From a virus (taxonomy: Duplodnaviria; Caudoviricetes), in the IMG/VR virus record IMGVR_UViG_3300026546_000001, positions 1 through 64,000 of that record: a DNA stretch of 64,000 bases. One strand, 5' to 3'. The notes beneath the pieces were generated by a model. That model made no database searches and had not been told where the DNA came from. It saw nothing but the letters and a program-made list of their open reading frames with translations. The stretch's first letter is position 1. Each line of letters opens with the position of its first letter. A program made the translations under genes and the position numbers. Below are positions 1 through 11,430 of the stretch, piece by piece.

Positions 1-1
1 T

Positions 2-160
2 TTTGGTGACTTACATTCAGATGGTAAACCATTTGAAAATCCTAATGATTTGGGTGACTTACATCCAGATGGTAAACCATTTGAAAATCCAAAAGATCTT
101 GGTGATTTACATCCAGACGGTAAACCATTTGAAAATCCTGATAATTTAGGTAAAGTATAA
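2..160 (+). CDS. 3' end of a CDS entering from the left edge; C-terminal 16-aa repeats (GDLHPDGKPFENPxDL x3)
   Basis: Frame from nt 2 is open to TAA at 158-160 and reads FGDLHSDGKPFENPNDLGDLHPDGKPFENPKDLGDLHPDGKPFENPDNLGKV*. Not in the ORF track because the start lies outside the window. Confidence 0.85.
   Translation, partial: FGDLHSDGKPFENPNDLGDLHPDGKPFENPKDLGDLHPDGKPFENPDNLGKV
5..148 (+). repeat. 48-bp coding tandem repeat, 3 visible copies
   Basis: Unit ggtgacttacatYcagatggtaaaccatttgaaaatccNNNNgatNtN; differences are mostly synonymous; no spacers. Confidence 0.9.
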
Positions 161-188
161 AATATAATAAATAATAAAAAACTTTTTA

Positions 189-1049
189 ATGGATAAACTA
201 AATATATTTGATTCTTTTGATGAAATTAACCAACAATGGCCTGGTGTTGTAGTTGATATAAATGATCCATTAAAATTAGGCAGAATTAAAGTAAATGTTC
301 CTAGATTTTATGGAACATTTGATATTGAAGATATACCATGGGCATCTCCTACATATAATACTGATGGTGGTACATTTTATTTACCTGATATTGGGAAAGT
401 AATATATTTAATTTTTCCAGCGGGAGATATTTATCATCCAGAATGGACATACGCTGAACATTTTAATATAAATTTACACAAAAAATTACAAACATTATCA
501 GAAGAAGCATATCAACAATTTTCAGTAATTGCATTTGACGCAAAATTACAAATATATGATGAAGGTACTGAAGAAGGATTTATTTTAGATTATGTAAAAT
601 CTAAATTACAAATAAATCCAGATGGAGATATTATATTACAATTACGAGATAATGCTAGCACTGTAAAAATTGGTTCACATGACGCAAATCAATCTATAAT
701 ATTAGGTGATCGATTTATTTCATGGTTTGATGAATTTATTAAAAATATGATAGGAAGTTATGGTGGACCATTTTTAGGAAATTTAATGGCGCCAGTTGTT
801 CCAAACCCGGCAATGTTACAAATTTGTAATAAATATTTTGCAATACGATCTATGCCAGCTGCGCATTTTTTATCAGATAGAATAAAAGTTGTAGATAATG
901 ATTCGGTTGATCCAAATGATAGACAATTTGATGAAATACCTGAATCTGACGAATATTTATATAATACAACGGAAAATACAACGGAAAGAACTAGAATATA
1001 TCAACCAACAAATTTAAAAACATCAACAGGAAGTTCAGTTAAACTATAA
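189..1049 (+). CDS. T4 gp5-like / VgrG-like baseplate hub-spike protein (N-terminal OB fold, no lysozyme domain evident)
   Basis: WPGVVVDINDPLKLGRIKVNVP...DIPWASP...LPDIGKVIYLIFPAGDIYHPEW matches the gp5 OB-fold pattern. Confidence 0.8.
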   Translation: MDKLNIFDSFDEINQQWPGVVVDINDPLKLGRIKVNVPRFYGTFDIEDIPWASPTYNTDGGTFYLPDIGKVIYLIFPAGDIYHPEWTYAEHFNINLHKKLQTLSEEAYQQFSVIAFDAKLQIYDEGTEEGFILDYVKSKLQINPDGDIILQLRDNASTVKIGSHDANQSIILGDRFISWFDEFIKNMIGSYGGPFLGNLMAPVVPNPAMLQICNKYFAIRSMPAAHFLSDRIKVVDNDSVDPNDRQFDEIPESDEYLYNTTENTTERTRIYQPTNLKTSTGSSVKL

Positions 1050-1469
1050 CGATAAAATAATATTTTCAACTGCAATTTTTGTACCAGTTATAACATAATC
1101 ATATAAGCTTTCAACATTATATTTAACTGGTGCATCATTAAAAAAATCAAGATCAACTAATTTATTGTCTATATCAAATCTATTTTCTAAATAAAAATCA
1201 TAAATATCATTTTCATTTACAAATCCTTTAATAGAAACATTATCAATTCCTTCTTTTTTAATTTCTTTTTTAATTTTATCAATATTTAAATCTGATAATA
1301 ATTCTTTAACGTTATTTTCTAAATCATCATATTCTGTGTGACTATCTAAATCATCGTTTGATTTTTCTTTTTCATCTTTTATTTCAGATGAATCTATATT
1401 AAAATCACTTAAATGATTATCTTCAAAAGAATCTTCAAATAATTTAAATTTTTTAATTATATTATTCAT
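1044..1469 (-). CDS. Hypothetical acidic protein with capsid-targeting-like N-terminus
   Basis: ORF track; N-terminus IKKFKLFEDSFE. Confidence 0.7.
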   Translation of the reverse strand: MNNIIKKFKLFEDSFEDNHLSDFNIDSSEIKDEKEKSNDDLDSHTEYDDLENNVKELLSDLNIDKIKKEIKKEGIDNVSIKGFVNENDIYDFYLENRFDIDNKLVDLDFFNDAPVKYNVESLYDYVITGTKIAVENIILSL

Positions 1470-1484
1470 ATATTATATATTATA

Positions 1485-4400
1485 TTATTTACCAAAATTT
1501 CCACGTTCCCATACACCATCTAACCACAATCCGCCAAACCATCGACCATTACTCCAATATCCATTTTCCCAAATGCCTGAATGCCATGTTCCATTTATCC
1601 AATGACTCACTGTATATGGACCATCATAATATGTTGTAAATGTATCATAAATGTTTTTAACGGGCGATTTAACAATTTCAATATTTTCGTCTAAACAAAC
1701 ATCATAACCACTTGTGCCACTTGTACCACTTGTACCATTATCTGTTAATAATGGAGCATTTATATACCTATTATAATAATATCCATTTTTAAATATTTTT
1801 ATTATTAACGTATAATCATCAACAATTTCAACAGGATGATCTATAGGAAAACTATTCCAACCTAATTGAGGTGCAATTTCAGGCATTATACCATTATCAA
1901 TATTAGGATCACCAAAAATAGTAATTTTATTTATTTGTAATGATGCTAAATTATCAGTATCTTGATTATTAAAATCTAAATGCTGAGATGTTCTATTATA
2001 ATAATGTTTATTTTTGAATATTAACCTAGCCTGAATATAATCTTCTTGGTTGTGATCTTCATATAAAATATATTGTTCAACATATTTTAATTGTAAATCA
2101 CTTTTCCATAATCCATTATACCACACGCCATTTCCCCATATTCCATGTTTCCATGTACCACCATACCAACTACCAGCTAACCAGTTGCCATTATACCAAA
2201 TACTTGAATTATAATTTTTAGATGTTATTGCATTACCATTTTCATCAGTGTTTAAATAATTATGAAATTCACCATTTTTCCAAATTCCAAAATACCATAT
2301 TGCTTTTTGAACTAATGTAGATTTTGTTCCAAATCTACTTAATTTATTTGCTGCTTGATCCCATATACCATTCATCCAAATTCCATTTTCAAAATCACCA
2401 CCTAGCCATATTCCATTATACCAAATTGATGACACATTATTAGTATTCCAAATTCCATCTAACCATGTACCATTAAAATGTTCACCTCCAGTCCAATTTC
2501 CATAATTCCACACGCCATTTAACCATTTACCATCATACCAATCACCATTTTCATGAATACCATTATACCATATACCATTATACCATATTCCATTATGCCA
2601 TATACCACTTCCCCATTCGCCATTATACCAAATTGACATTTTTTTATCATTAATAGATGTATCAATAGACCAAACATTAAAGTTATTAACGGGCGAGTTT
2701 GTAAACCATTCTCCAGCAATCCATTTTATATTATAAACAGTTCCACTATACCAATAACCATTTTCCCATATGCCACATAACCATGTACCTTTATACCATT
2801 TTAAATATTCGTTATTATCTACATTTTTTAATCCTATTACAGCATCTCTAATATCTGCATTTAATATCCAATAATAATCTGAATTTAATTTTTGTAAAAT
2901 TAAACCATCTGTTAATATAAAATTATATTTAGTAGTGTCAACATTAGTTAATCCAAATATATTATCATTTATATTCCAATTAGTATTAAATATAGAAATT
3001 GCGCGTTTTAAACCATAAATTTTTTGAGATGATCCAACAAACTCAGTAACAGAATCATTATTTGTATCATCATAATAATCGAACAATTCATCTTCTGACG
3101 CATCAATACCAACAATGTGTAAATCAATAGGTCTAAACGCAAAATTAGGATCATTATTCCAATTAAATATATTAAGTTTTAAATCATTATTATCATCGAT
3201 CCAAACAATTGCACTTATATATTTTTTAACATTGTGATCATTTGTTAAAACTTTAGCATATGATGTTGCAGTTTTAACGTAATTATGCCATCCATTATAA
3301 TATGATCCCATTTGAGATGTTATTTCAAATAACCCTGCTGTTCCATTAGTACCAATTGCATATTCACCATCAGTTGCAGGTGTTGGTGTATTAATATTAT
3401 CAGTCCAATTTAAATCAAGCGAAATTTGTTCTAGTTTATATCTTGTTTTTATTTTTAAAATACTATTATTTGTTAATAATGCATCATCTAAATTTGTATC
3501 AAACGTAAATTTGATAACATATCTATCATTAACATCATAATATTTTTCAATCTTATCAATATAAACACGTTTAATTATTTCATTTCCTTTTTCAATGTCA
3601 ACCCATGTTCCTTCTTTGAATTTTGATAAATCGTTATTAGAATTATTATCAAAATAATAAGTTCCAGCGTATAATAAATTTCTAGATATGTCTAATTCAT
3701 ATTCTGTTTGACTTGCAAATAAAGTGCCTATAAATTCAAAATTACCAAAATCATAATTATTATTAAATATTGGATTTATTCTATTTAAAAATGTTAATAA
3801 ATTATAATTAGGTCCATATATAATAGAATCAGAATATTTAACATTAAATTTTTCATTATTTGATAAAATAGTATTTATTGTTATTTGTGATTCTAAATTA
3901 AAATATTTAGTATTATTTGTAATATTTGTTGATACATAAATATAATCTTTTTCGTTTATATCTATAGTATAAACTTCTCCAACCAAATGTTTAGAAATTT
4001 TATTTTTTAAATCAGATAAATGACCATTAAAATAATTTAAATTTTCTAAACGAATATTCCACGAATTGTATTCATTAGAAACAGGTTCTATTTCAGTTAA
4101 TATTTCAGGATCTAATAATGCCCATAATACAATCTTATTTGTTGATGCATCAACACTTTCAACTGCTTTTATAATAAATGATTCTTTTAATAAAATTTTA
4201 GTATAATCTAAACCATTTAAACCTGTTTCTGTTCTAAATATTTTTAATTCTATTACATCATTGGCATCTACTGTAAAATTTGAATTAACATACAATACAG
4301 TGTGATAATATTGTTCCGGAAAATTACCAACATTTCCATCAGTCCATATTTCATTTCTTATTGAAGTATTTATATCATTTTGTAGTGTTTCAGGCATGTC

Positions 4401-7400
4401 ATGATGTCTAAAACCATCAGTTGGTATTACTAATTCTTTTTCTAAAACATAGTTAGTTAAATCATCTTTAGCAACAAATCGTTTGTTATATGGAAAATAT
4501 TTAGTTTTTCCATCTGTATTTGTGCCTTCTAATAGCATTAAACGTCTTGTTGTATACATCCAATCTTGATGTGCTAAATAATTAGGTTCACCCGTTTCAG
4601 ATATTGCAGAAAATTCAATATATTCATCTTCATTAAATATTGGATATGTGTTATCAACGCACGATAATATATTCTTGGGTATTTGAGCTTTTGGTATAAC
4701 ATAATTTTTATCTCTTAGTAAAATATTAATTTTTCTAGCTAAATAATAATCCGTAATTAACATTCTTGGTATAAAATACTCATATAAATAATCATCAACA
4801 TTTTTTAAATTTAATGGATTATATCTATCTAAATTAATTACATCTTGTAATTTAGTATATTTAACATTACCATCATATCCACTAAGATACAAATATTCAT
4901 CATTTTCAATAAATGATGTTGTATAATCAAAGTTATTTTCTATATTTAGTTTTTCTAATTTAACTGTATAATAATTTGATTCTTTTACTTTAATACTGCC
5001 ATGGATAGTAAATAATGATATTGATTTGTTTGATAATAATAAAAATTTATCAAATCCATCATTATAGTCAACAAAATAATTAACTGATAAAACATTATCA
5101 ATATATGATTCATCAATATAAAATTCAAAATCGCTTTTAATATATTGATCAGTATAATATAATTTTAATTTAGTTATATAACCTTTATCTCCAAATAACC
5201 AAAATACACCATTAATATATTTAATAGTAGTATAATTTGTTTTCAATATAGTTTCATCTGTAGATGAATATATTATTGGTTTAATAAAATAATCTAAATC
5301 ATCAGTTGTAACAGTTACAACGTCTTTATTTAAAATATTATTGTTAATAACCCAACTATTATTAATTAATTCAAAATGTAATATTAATCCAGATTTACCT
5401 ACTACTATTGCGTATTTAGGATCATATATTAAAACATTAGTTAATTCTCTATTATTAATTAATCCATCTGGTATTAATACTTTATCATAAAATTCTCCAT
5501 ATGATGTTGTTTCTAATATAGTTTCGTTTTGTCCAACTACTAATCCATAATTATTTAAAAAATTACTAGAATTTAAAGTGTTATATGTATTAGTATTAAC
5601 AATAGTCCAATTTTTACCAAAATCTTCAGTTTTTATATTATTTCCATTTTCACCATTTATCCAAGCTGTTCCTGTCCAAGTTGGAACGATATAATTATAT
5701 TCATTTAAATTTTTATTGATACTTAATTCAATATCATAATAATTAAACTTAGTATAAGTATTTAATAATTCAATTGAATGCTTTCCATCTATTGACACAT
5801 CAATATTTTTTAATGCTACTCCAAAATCTCCAATCCAAATTTTATATACAGTATCATTTGTTTGTAAAACATTTTTCCAAAAATTATATTCAACATTATT
5901 ATAACATAATCCTACATATTTTTTATCATTTATTATGTCAACGAATAAAAATGAATTAGTATCTATTTTTTGTAATTCAATAAGTTTATTTACATTTCTT
6001 AAATTTATAACTGTATCATATAATAAATGAGACTCAATATTTTTTTCTGTGTTTATTATATTAACACTCGTTGCATTTTCTTTTATTAAAACAGAATAAT
6101 ATTTTTCATCTCCAATTAATGTTAAATCCAAATCTAAATTAGTACTATAAAACATAAAATCTATTATATCTCTACGAACTAAATATATTCTATTTGTCAA
6201 TGTATTATAACGCCATAATTGAACTTTATTACTATTATCAATTGATGCTACGTATAAAATATCATTATATCCTGAAATGCCAAAAATAGTTTTAACATTC
6301 CAACTCCAAAAACGTTGTTCTTCATCTAAATTTTTAATGTATAAAGATGATTGTTCATATACTTTATTATCAGTTGTTATATAATACTTTTTATTATTTA
6401 ATTCTATACCTTTTTTAATATTTAAATTTTCATCATTATAATAGAATGGATATTTTCCACGTATTTTTAATAAACTTGAATATGAACTAAAGGATGATGA
6501 TAATACATATATTATATCATTTATGTCTTTAATATAAACATTGTAATAATTAATATTACCTGTTTGATAATATCCAAATATTAAATTAATATTTAAATTT
6601 GGATAAATACTCATATCAAAAACAGTTCTATTTGTTTCGTCATGTATTAATTTATTATTATCAATATAAAAAATCTTATTATATACAACACAAAAATCTA
6701 TAATTTCATATGGTGATGATAATACTGGTAAGTTTTGTCCTTCTTTAAATATTTTATTTTCAATTAACCAATATAAATTACTTTCATCAACATAAATTGA
6801 TAAAATATTAAAATCAGATACAATTAAATCAACATCTTCTGTTTGAAAAGTAATTTTAAATATATCAGTTTTTATGTCTCCACTCGTTGAAACACCATTA
6901 TTTGTTAGTATATAAATTGCATTTTTATCTGAATTATATAATATTTGAATTGGATTTTCTATTTGTTGTAATGTTTCATCTGTATATAATCCACCAATAA
7001 ATACGCCATTTGCTTGTGTAATTTTTTCATAGATTAATGATGTTTTATCTAATAAATCCCAATAATATATTAAATTCGGATAAGTTACATCTGTTATTTC
7101 AATTGGAATATATCTAACAGATATTTGTGCAGGATTTAAAACAATGTTACTTATTCTAAATTCTTTAATTGTTCCTGAATACAACGGTTCATGTGGATTA
7201 TCACTTTTAGCAATGTAATTTTTTGTCAATGAACTTAATTCAGATATAGTTTTATTAAATTGACTATTTGAAGTTCCAACTAATTGGTCATTAAACCATA
7301 TTTTTCCAGTATAATAATATTTATAATTTTCATCAACTGAATTAATATATTCAACTGTTATTGTGATTCTTACTTCTTCATCTTCATTTATTGGTTCAGT

Positions 7401-10400
7401 TGAATTAATTACTAAATATTCGTTATCAGTTTTTATTTGAAATTTTGGTCTGTTTGTTAAATTATCTTTTATAATAAATTCAACACTATCATATGTTGTG
7501 TCATATTCATCAATTTTTTCACTTCCAAAATAAAATATTCTACTGTTTGTTTTTATTGCATTTGGTTTTAATGTAAATTCAATTGAAATATTTGATATAT
7601 CATTAAACGGTAATACTGGTAATTGTATATAATCATCTTTACCATCAAAGTATCTACTTATTGTATCACTTATTTTTGGTATTACATCTAAACCATTTGT
7701 GCCAACACCTAAAATGTCAACATCTTTTAAATATAAAGTATTATTTTTTATTTCCCAATCACCTAATGAAGATTTAGAAAAATTTTCATAAATATAAAAT
7801 TTTTCTGTTTGTTGCCAATTTAAAAAATCAGTTAAATTCCTAACTGGTTTTTCTAATCTTACGGGAAACTTATCTTGTTGTCTAACATAACTTATTTGAA
7901 CATAATCATCTGTTATTCCAGCTGTACCACTTGTACCTTCGTCTATTTCATTTAATTCATAACCAAATACATATCCATTATAATATGAATCAGGTTGACC
8001 TACATATATGAAATTATCATATCCTGCAATACTATATCCAAATGATCCTGATAAAGATGGATTTGGTGATTTTATAATATCTTGTAAAATCCATTTATTG
8101 TATATAACTTCTTTAAAAATTGTTACAGCACCTTGACCATTTGGTGCACTAACATATAAAATATTATTATAATAATATAAAGATCCACCAAAATCATCAT
8201 AATCATTTGATGTATCATCTAATGTTATTAACTGTATTTCTTCCCAATCATTAAATCCTTTATTTCTAAATACGCACACTGCACCACGTTTTTTACCATA
8301 TTCGTAATAATTATATGCATTTACAAATAAAAATGTATCTGTGATATAAACATTTGCGCCAAATAAATCATTTTCAGTTGTTTTTGAAGACGTAATAACG
8401 TTTATTAATTCCCATTCATCATTATCATTTTTTTGATATAAATAAACCTTTCCAAAATCATCGGCAGTTGGCGCACCAATTGCAAGATAACCATCATTAA
8501 CACTAATAGATGTTCCAAATGCAAAATTTATTGGATTACCATCTAATCTAATTATTTGTTTAGGTGTTACATTAGATCCAGTTGTACAAGATGATCCATA
8601 TAAATCATTTACATTATAAACATATACGCATCCCGAATCATTATTTTCTCCAGGAGCAGTAACAAATAATTCATCATTATAACTTTTAATTTCATTTCCA
8701 TAATTATTATTATCGTTATATACTGTTGGGTGAATCCATGCAATACAATCAAATGTATTATTTGTTACATCGTACACATTAACTCTACCAGTATTGTTAT
8801 ACCATTCTGGTTCACTTACTGCTGCTAAATTATTATCTATTAAATGAACTGATTTACCAAATAAAGTATTTGAAGAATCTCCTTGTTTTGATGTTAATTC
8901 AATTATATTATTATTAGTTGATGTTATATCAAATAAATATACATATCCATTTGTAGTATTTGATACTGCTGATACTAATAATTTATTATTTGAAATTGAA
9001 ATAGAATAACCAAATTTATCGTTATTTGTAGAATTATTTGGTTGTATTTCAACTGGATAATTTAAATCTAAAATATTAAATACATTAATAGAACGTAAAT
9101 CTAAATATGCTATTAAATATTTTGCATGTTCTTCTGATATAATATCATAACCAAATTCAGGATGCCATTGTATAATAGTTTCATCTGTTAATAAAAAATA
9201 CCAAACAACATTATAAACAGTTAAAACTTTAAATTCATTTACATCAAAATTTATATCATATTCAAATAAAAGTTGTAAATTGTCTTTATTATAAAGTTTA
9301 AACCCTTGATTACCATCATTATCAATTAATAAAATATATAATATATCATCTTCAAAAGAAAAATCTTTTATGATAAAATTTTCAAGTTCAAAATATAAAA
9401 AACTTTCATTTGTTAATGGATCTAATTTATAAATTCGCGAATAATTATTTTCATAATTAACATAATATAAATAATCATTTAGTGAATTTAATCTAAAACA
9501 TAGATTTAATGGAAAAAATTCTCCAGATGTTCCTGACGTTCCAGATGTTCCAGATAAATTTAATTGTCCAATTAATAAATTATCTTCTTTTCTTATAATC
9601 CAATTTAAATCTTTAGACGTTTTATATGAATATTGTCCAACATTAACAGATAAATCAAATTTTTCATAATCATATAATATTGGATCCTTATCAATATGAA
9701 TTACACTATCATTATATGTATTACTATTAAGTAATTTATAATCAACTCTATTTCTAATTACATAATTTTTAGCTTCAATAAAATTTATTTCTCCATTTGT
9801 ACCATAAATATAATCTCCATTTGGTTCTCTATCTAAAAAGAATTGCTTATATTTATTTGTTTCACCTAATTTAATATAAACACTAAAATAGTCCCTTTCA
9901 ATATTATCATTAAATATATCTGAAACATTTAAATAATTATTTTTAAATATGTAAATTCCATTTTCAGATTTATTTATTTGATCTTTTAATAATATAGTCA
10001 TGTCATTTTTTATTAATACACCATCTATTACTAAATCAAACCATTCATTATAAATATCAACATTTTCAGTTGATGCAATATCAATTAATCTGAAATTATT
10101 TAATAAATTTATTATTGTTTTATCTGGTGTCCAATAAGTTTCTAATGAATATCCCATTCTTTCTTCATTATCATTCCACTTATCATAAACATCGCTTTCA
10201 TCGTAATTTTCAGTTAAAAATACATTAGTTGTATCATATATTGGATTTAAATAATCATCACCACTTGTTCCATTCGTTCCCAATATATTTACATTTTGTG
10301 ACGTTAAATTAAGATTTGATTCTAAATTTTTAAAATAAATATTATAAAATCCTATATGTTTATCTTTTTGTCCAATTATAATAAATTCTTTATTATTTTC

Positions 10401-11306
10401 ATATAATTTTGAAATTTCAATACCAATTTTTGTTAAAGAATTAATATTTAAAATATTCCATGCTTTAACATTTTTAATTGTAGATATTATTATAACAAAA
10501 TCAGTTATATTAACATTTTCAATCCAATCATTTAACAATGAAGTGTTAATTAATTCATCATTTGTTAAACTATTAATTATTAATTCATTATTTGAATTTA
10601 ATATTGGATTAATTGTTGCATCATATGGTAATCTAGTATTTGAATCAAATGCAACAAAATATATTTTATCTTCATTATTTGCGACGTTTAAGTAATCATA
10701 ATTATTATATTTAAATATTACGTTATTATCTAAATTTATTTCAATATTATTATTTAATAAAAAATTGTTATATGAATCAAATGTATTATTTACTACACCT
10801 GATGTACTATTTAAAATATAACAATTTTCATCTGGATTTTCATTAATAAATTTATTATAATAAACATAATCATTCCAATATGTTAAAGCGCAATCATTAA
10901 AAAATAACAAACTATTAGCAGCTTTAATATAATTTAAAGCAATAGCAGTTCGTATTGTCATTTTTAAAACTCCAGTTTCATCATCTTCATTTACAATATA
11001 ATCTAATTTATTGTTAATAATAATTTCTTTAGAATGTGTTAAAGATAAATTATAAATTTCTCCTTTTTTTAGTAATATATCAGAAATTATTAATTCATTT
11101 GGTGCAGAATCTAATAATTCAACATAAAAACCATGTTGATATAAAATTTCTGAATAAATATTATCTAAATTATTTGTTACTGAATATGTACTAGCATTTA
11201 AACATTTTGAATATGTTTTTAATCTTTGCAAAGTTCTTTTAAATTCAGTACTATTTAAAAATGATTCTTTTTGAATCCATCTTCCATTATTATCTTTAAT
11301 CCACAT
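1485..11306 (-). CDS. Giant (3273 aa) multidomain virion/baseplate/tail protein
   Basis: Tail-fibre-type module (IDIASTENV...IDGV...ILLKDQINKSENGIY), FG-GAP beta-propeller repeats (FGYSISI, FGKSVHL, FGTSISV...LAIGAP, FGANVYI), LamG-like domain (FDGKDDYIQLP...YSGTIKEFRI), YCF48/BNR-like propeller (KTEDFGKNW), C-terminal GxWxx pentapeptide repeats, GTSG linkers. Confidence 0.8.
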   Translation of the reverse strand: MWIKDNNGRWIQKESFLNSTEFKRTLQRLKTYSKCLNASTYSVTNNLDNIYSEILYQHGFYVELLDSAPNELIISDILLKKGEIYNLSLTHSKEIIINNKLDYIVNEDDETGVLKMTIRTAIALNYIKAANSLLFFNDCALTYWNDYVYYNKFINENPDENCYILNSTSGVVNNTFDSYNNFLLNNNIEINLDNNVIFKYNNYDYLNVANNEDKIYFVAFDSNTRLPYDATINPILNSNNELIINSLTNDELINTSLLNDWIENVNITDFVIIISTIKNVKAWNILNINSLTKIGIEISKLYENNKEFIIIGQKDKHIGFYNIYFKNLESNLNLTSQNVNILGTNGTSGDDYLNPIYDTTNVFLTENYDESDVYDKWNDNEERMGYSLETYWTPDKTIINLLNNFRLIDIASTENVDIYNEWFDLVIDGVLIKNDMTILLKDQINKSENGIYIFKNNYLNVSDIFNDNIERDYFSVYIKLGETNKYKQFFLDREPNGDYIYGTNGEINFIEAKNYVIRNRVDYKLLNSNTYNDSVIHIDKDPILYDYEKFDLSVNVGQYSYKTSKDLNWIIRKEDNLLIGQLNLSGTSGTSGTSGEFFPLNLCFRLNSLNDYLYYVNYENNYSRIYKLDPLTNESFLYFELENFIIKDFSFEDDILYILLIDNDGNQGFKLYNKDNLQLLFEYDINFDVNEFKVLTVYNVVWYFLLTDETIIQWHPEFGYDIISEEHAKYLIAYLDLRSINVFNILDLNYPVEIQPNNSTNNDKFGYSISISNNKLLVSAVSNTTNGYVYLFDITSTNNNIIELTSKQGDSSNTLFGKSVHLIDNNLAAVSEPEWYNNTGRVNVYDVTNNTFDCIAWIHPTVYNDNNNYGNEIKSYNDELFVTAPGENNDSGCVYVYNVNDLYGSSCTTGSNVTPKQIIRLDGNPINFAFGTSISVNDGYLAIGAPTADDFGKVYLYQKNDNDEWELINVITSSKTTENDLFGANVYITDTFLFVNAYNYYEYGKKRGAVCVFRNKGFNDWEEIQLITLDDTSNDYDDFGGSLYYYNNILYVSAPNGQGAVTIFKEVIYNKWILQDIIKSPNPSLSGSFGYSIAGYDNFIYVGQPDSYYNGYVFGYELNEIDEGTSGTAGITDDYVQISYVRQQDKFPVRLEKPVRNLTDFLNWQQTEKFYIYENFSKSSLGDWEIKNNTLYLKDVDILGVGTNGLDVIPKISDTISRYFDGKDDYIQLPVLPFNDISNISIEFTLKPNAIKTNSRIFYFGSEKIDEYDTTYDSVEFIIKDNLTNRPKFQIKTDNEYLVINSTEPINEDEEVRITITVEYINSVDENYKYYYTGKIWFNDQLVGTSNSQFNKTISELSSLTKNYIAKSDNPHEPLYSGTIKEFRISNIVLNPAQISVRYIPIEITDVTYPNLIYYWDLLDKTSLIYEKITQANGVFIGGLYTDETLQQIENPIQILYNSDKNAIYILTNNGVSTSGDIKTDIFKITFQTEDVDLIVSDFNILSIYVDESNLYWLIENKIFKEGQNLPVLSSPYEIIDFCVVYNKIFYIDNNKLIHDETNRTVFDMSIYPNLNINLIFGYYQTGNINYYNVYIKDINDIIYVLSSSFSSYSSLLKIRGKYPFYYNDENLNIKKGIELNNKKYYITTDNKVYEQSSLYIKNLDEEQRFWSWNVKTIFGISGYNDILYVASIDNSNKVQLWRYNTLTNRIYLVRRDIIDFMFYSTNLDLDLTLIGDEKYYSVLIKENATSVNIINTEKNIESHLLYDTVINLRNVNKLIELQKIDTNSFLFVDIINDKKYVGLCYNNVEYNFWKNVLQTNDTVYKIWIGDFGVALKNIDVSIDGKHSIELLNTYTKFNYYDIELSINKNLNEYNYIVPTWTGTAWINGENGNNIKTEDFGKNWTIVNTNTYNTLNSSNFLNNYGLVVGQNETILETTSYGEFYDKVLIPDGLINNRELTNVLIYDPKYAIVVGKSGLILHFELINNSWVINNNILNKDVVTVTTDDLDYFIKPIIYSSTDETILKTNYTTIKYINGVFWLFGDKGYITKLKLYYTDQYIKSDFEFYIDESYIDNVLSVNYFVDYNDGFDKFLLLSNKSISLFTIHGSIKVKESNYYTVKLEKLNIENNFDYTTSFIENDEYLYLSGYDGNVKYTKLQDVINLDRYNPLNLKNVDDYLYEYFIPRMLITDYYLARKINILLRDKNYVIPKAQIPKNILSCVDNTYPIFNEDEYIEFSAISETGEPNYLAHQDWMYTTRRLMLLEGTNTDGKTKYFPYNKRFVAKDDLTNYVLEKELVIPTDGFRHHDMPETLQNDINTSIRNEIWTDGNVGNFPEQYYHTVLYVNSNFTVDANDVIELKIFRTETGLNGLDYTKILLKESFIIKAVESVDASTNKIVLWALLDPEILTEIEPVSNEYNSWNIRLENLNYFNGHLSDLKNKISKHLVGEVYTIDINEKDYIYVSTNITNNTKYFNLESQITINTILSNNEKFNVKYSDSIIYGPNYNLLTFLNRINPIFNNNYDFGNFEFIGTLFASQTEYELDISRNLLYAGTYYFDNNSNNDLSKFKEGTWVDIEKGNEIIKRVYIDKIEKYYDVNDRYVIKFTFDTNLDDALLTNNSILKIKTRYKLEQISLDLNWTDNINTPTPATDGEYAIGTNGTAGLFEITSQMGSYYNGWHNYVKTATSYAKVLTNDHNVKKYISAIVWIDDNNDLKLNIFNWNNDPNFAFRPIDLHIVGIDASEDELFDYYDDTNNDSVTEFVGSSQKIYGLKRAISIFNTNWNINDNIFGLTNVDTTKYNFILTDGLILQKLNSDYYWILNADIRDAVIGLKNVDNNEYLKWYKGTWLCGIWENGYWYSGTVYNIKWIAGEWFTNSPVNNFNVWSIDTSINDKKMSIWYNGEWGSGIWHNGIWYNGIWYNGIHENGDWYDGKWLNGVWNYGNWTGGEHFNGTWLDGIWNTNNVSSIWYNGIWLGGDFENGIWMNGIWDQAANKLSRFGTKSTLVQKAIWYFGIWKNGEFHNYLNTDENGNAITSKNYNSSIWYNGNWLAGSWYGGTWKHGIWGNGVWYNGLWKSDLQLKYVEQYILYEDHNQEDYIQARLIFKNKHYYNRTSQHLDFNNQDTDNLASLQINKITIFGDPNIDNGIMPEIAPQLGWNSFPIDHPVEIVDDYTLIIKIFKNGYYYNRYINAPLLTDNGTSGTSGTSGYDVCLDENIEIVKSPVKNIYDTFTTYYDGPYTVSHWINGTWHSGIWENGYWSNGRWFGGLWLDGVWERGNFGK

Positions 11307-11430
11307 TAATTTTATTAGATATTTTATTTCATTTTAATATTAAATATTAAATGAATATTTTTTATTTGTTTATATATTTTTATTTAATATTCGCTAATCA
11401 AGATATGTAAAATTTGTATATATAATTTAT

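Noticed and set aside
5-148. 48-bp repeats as a CRISPR array
   Set aside because: Units are contiguous with no unique spacers, keep frame and vary mostly at synonymous sites.
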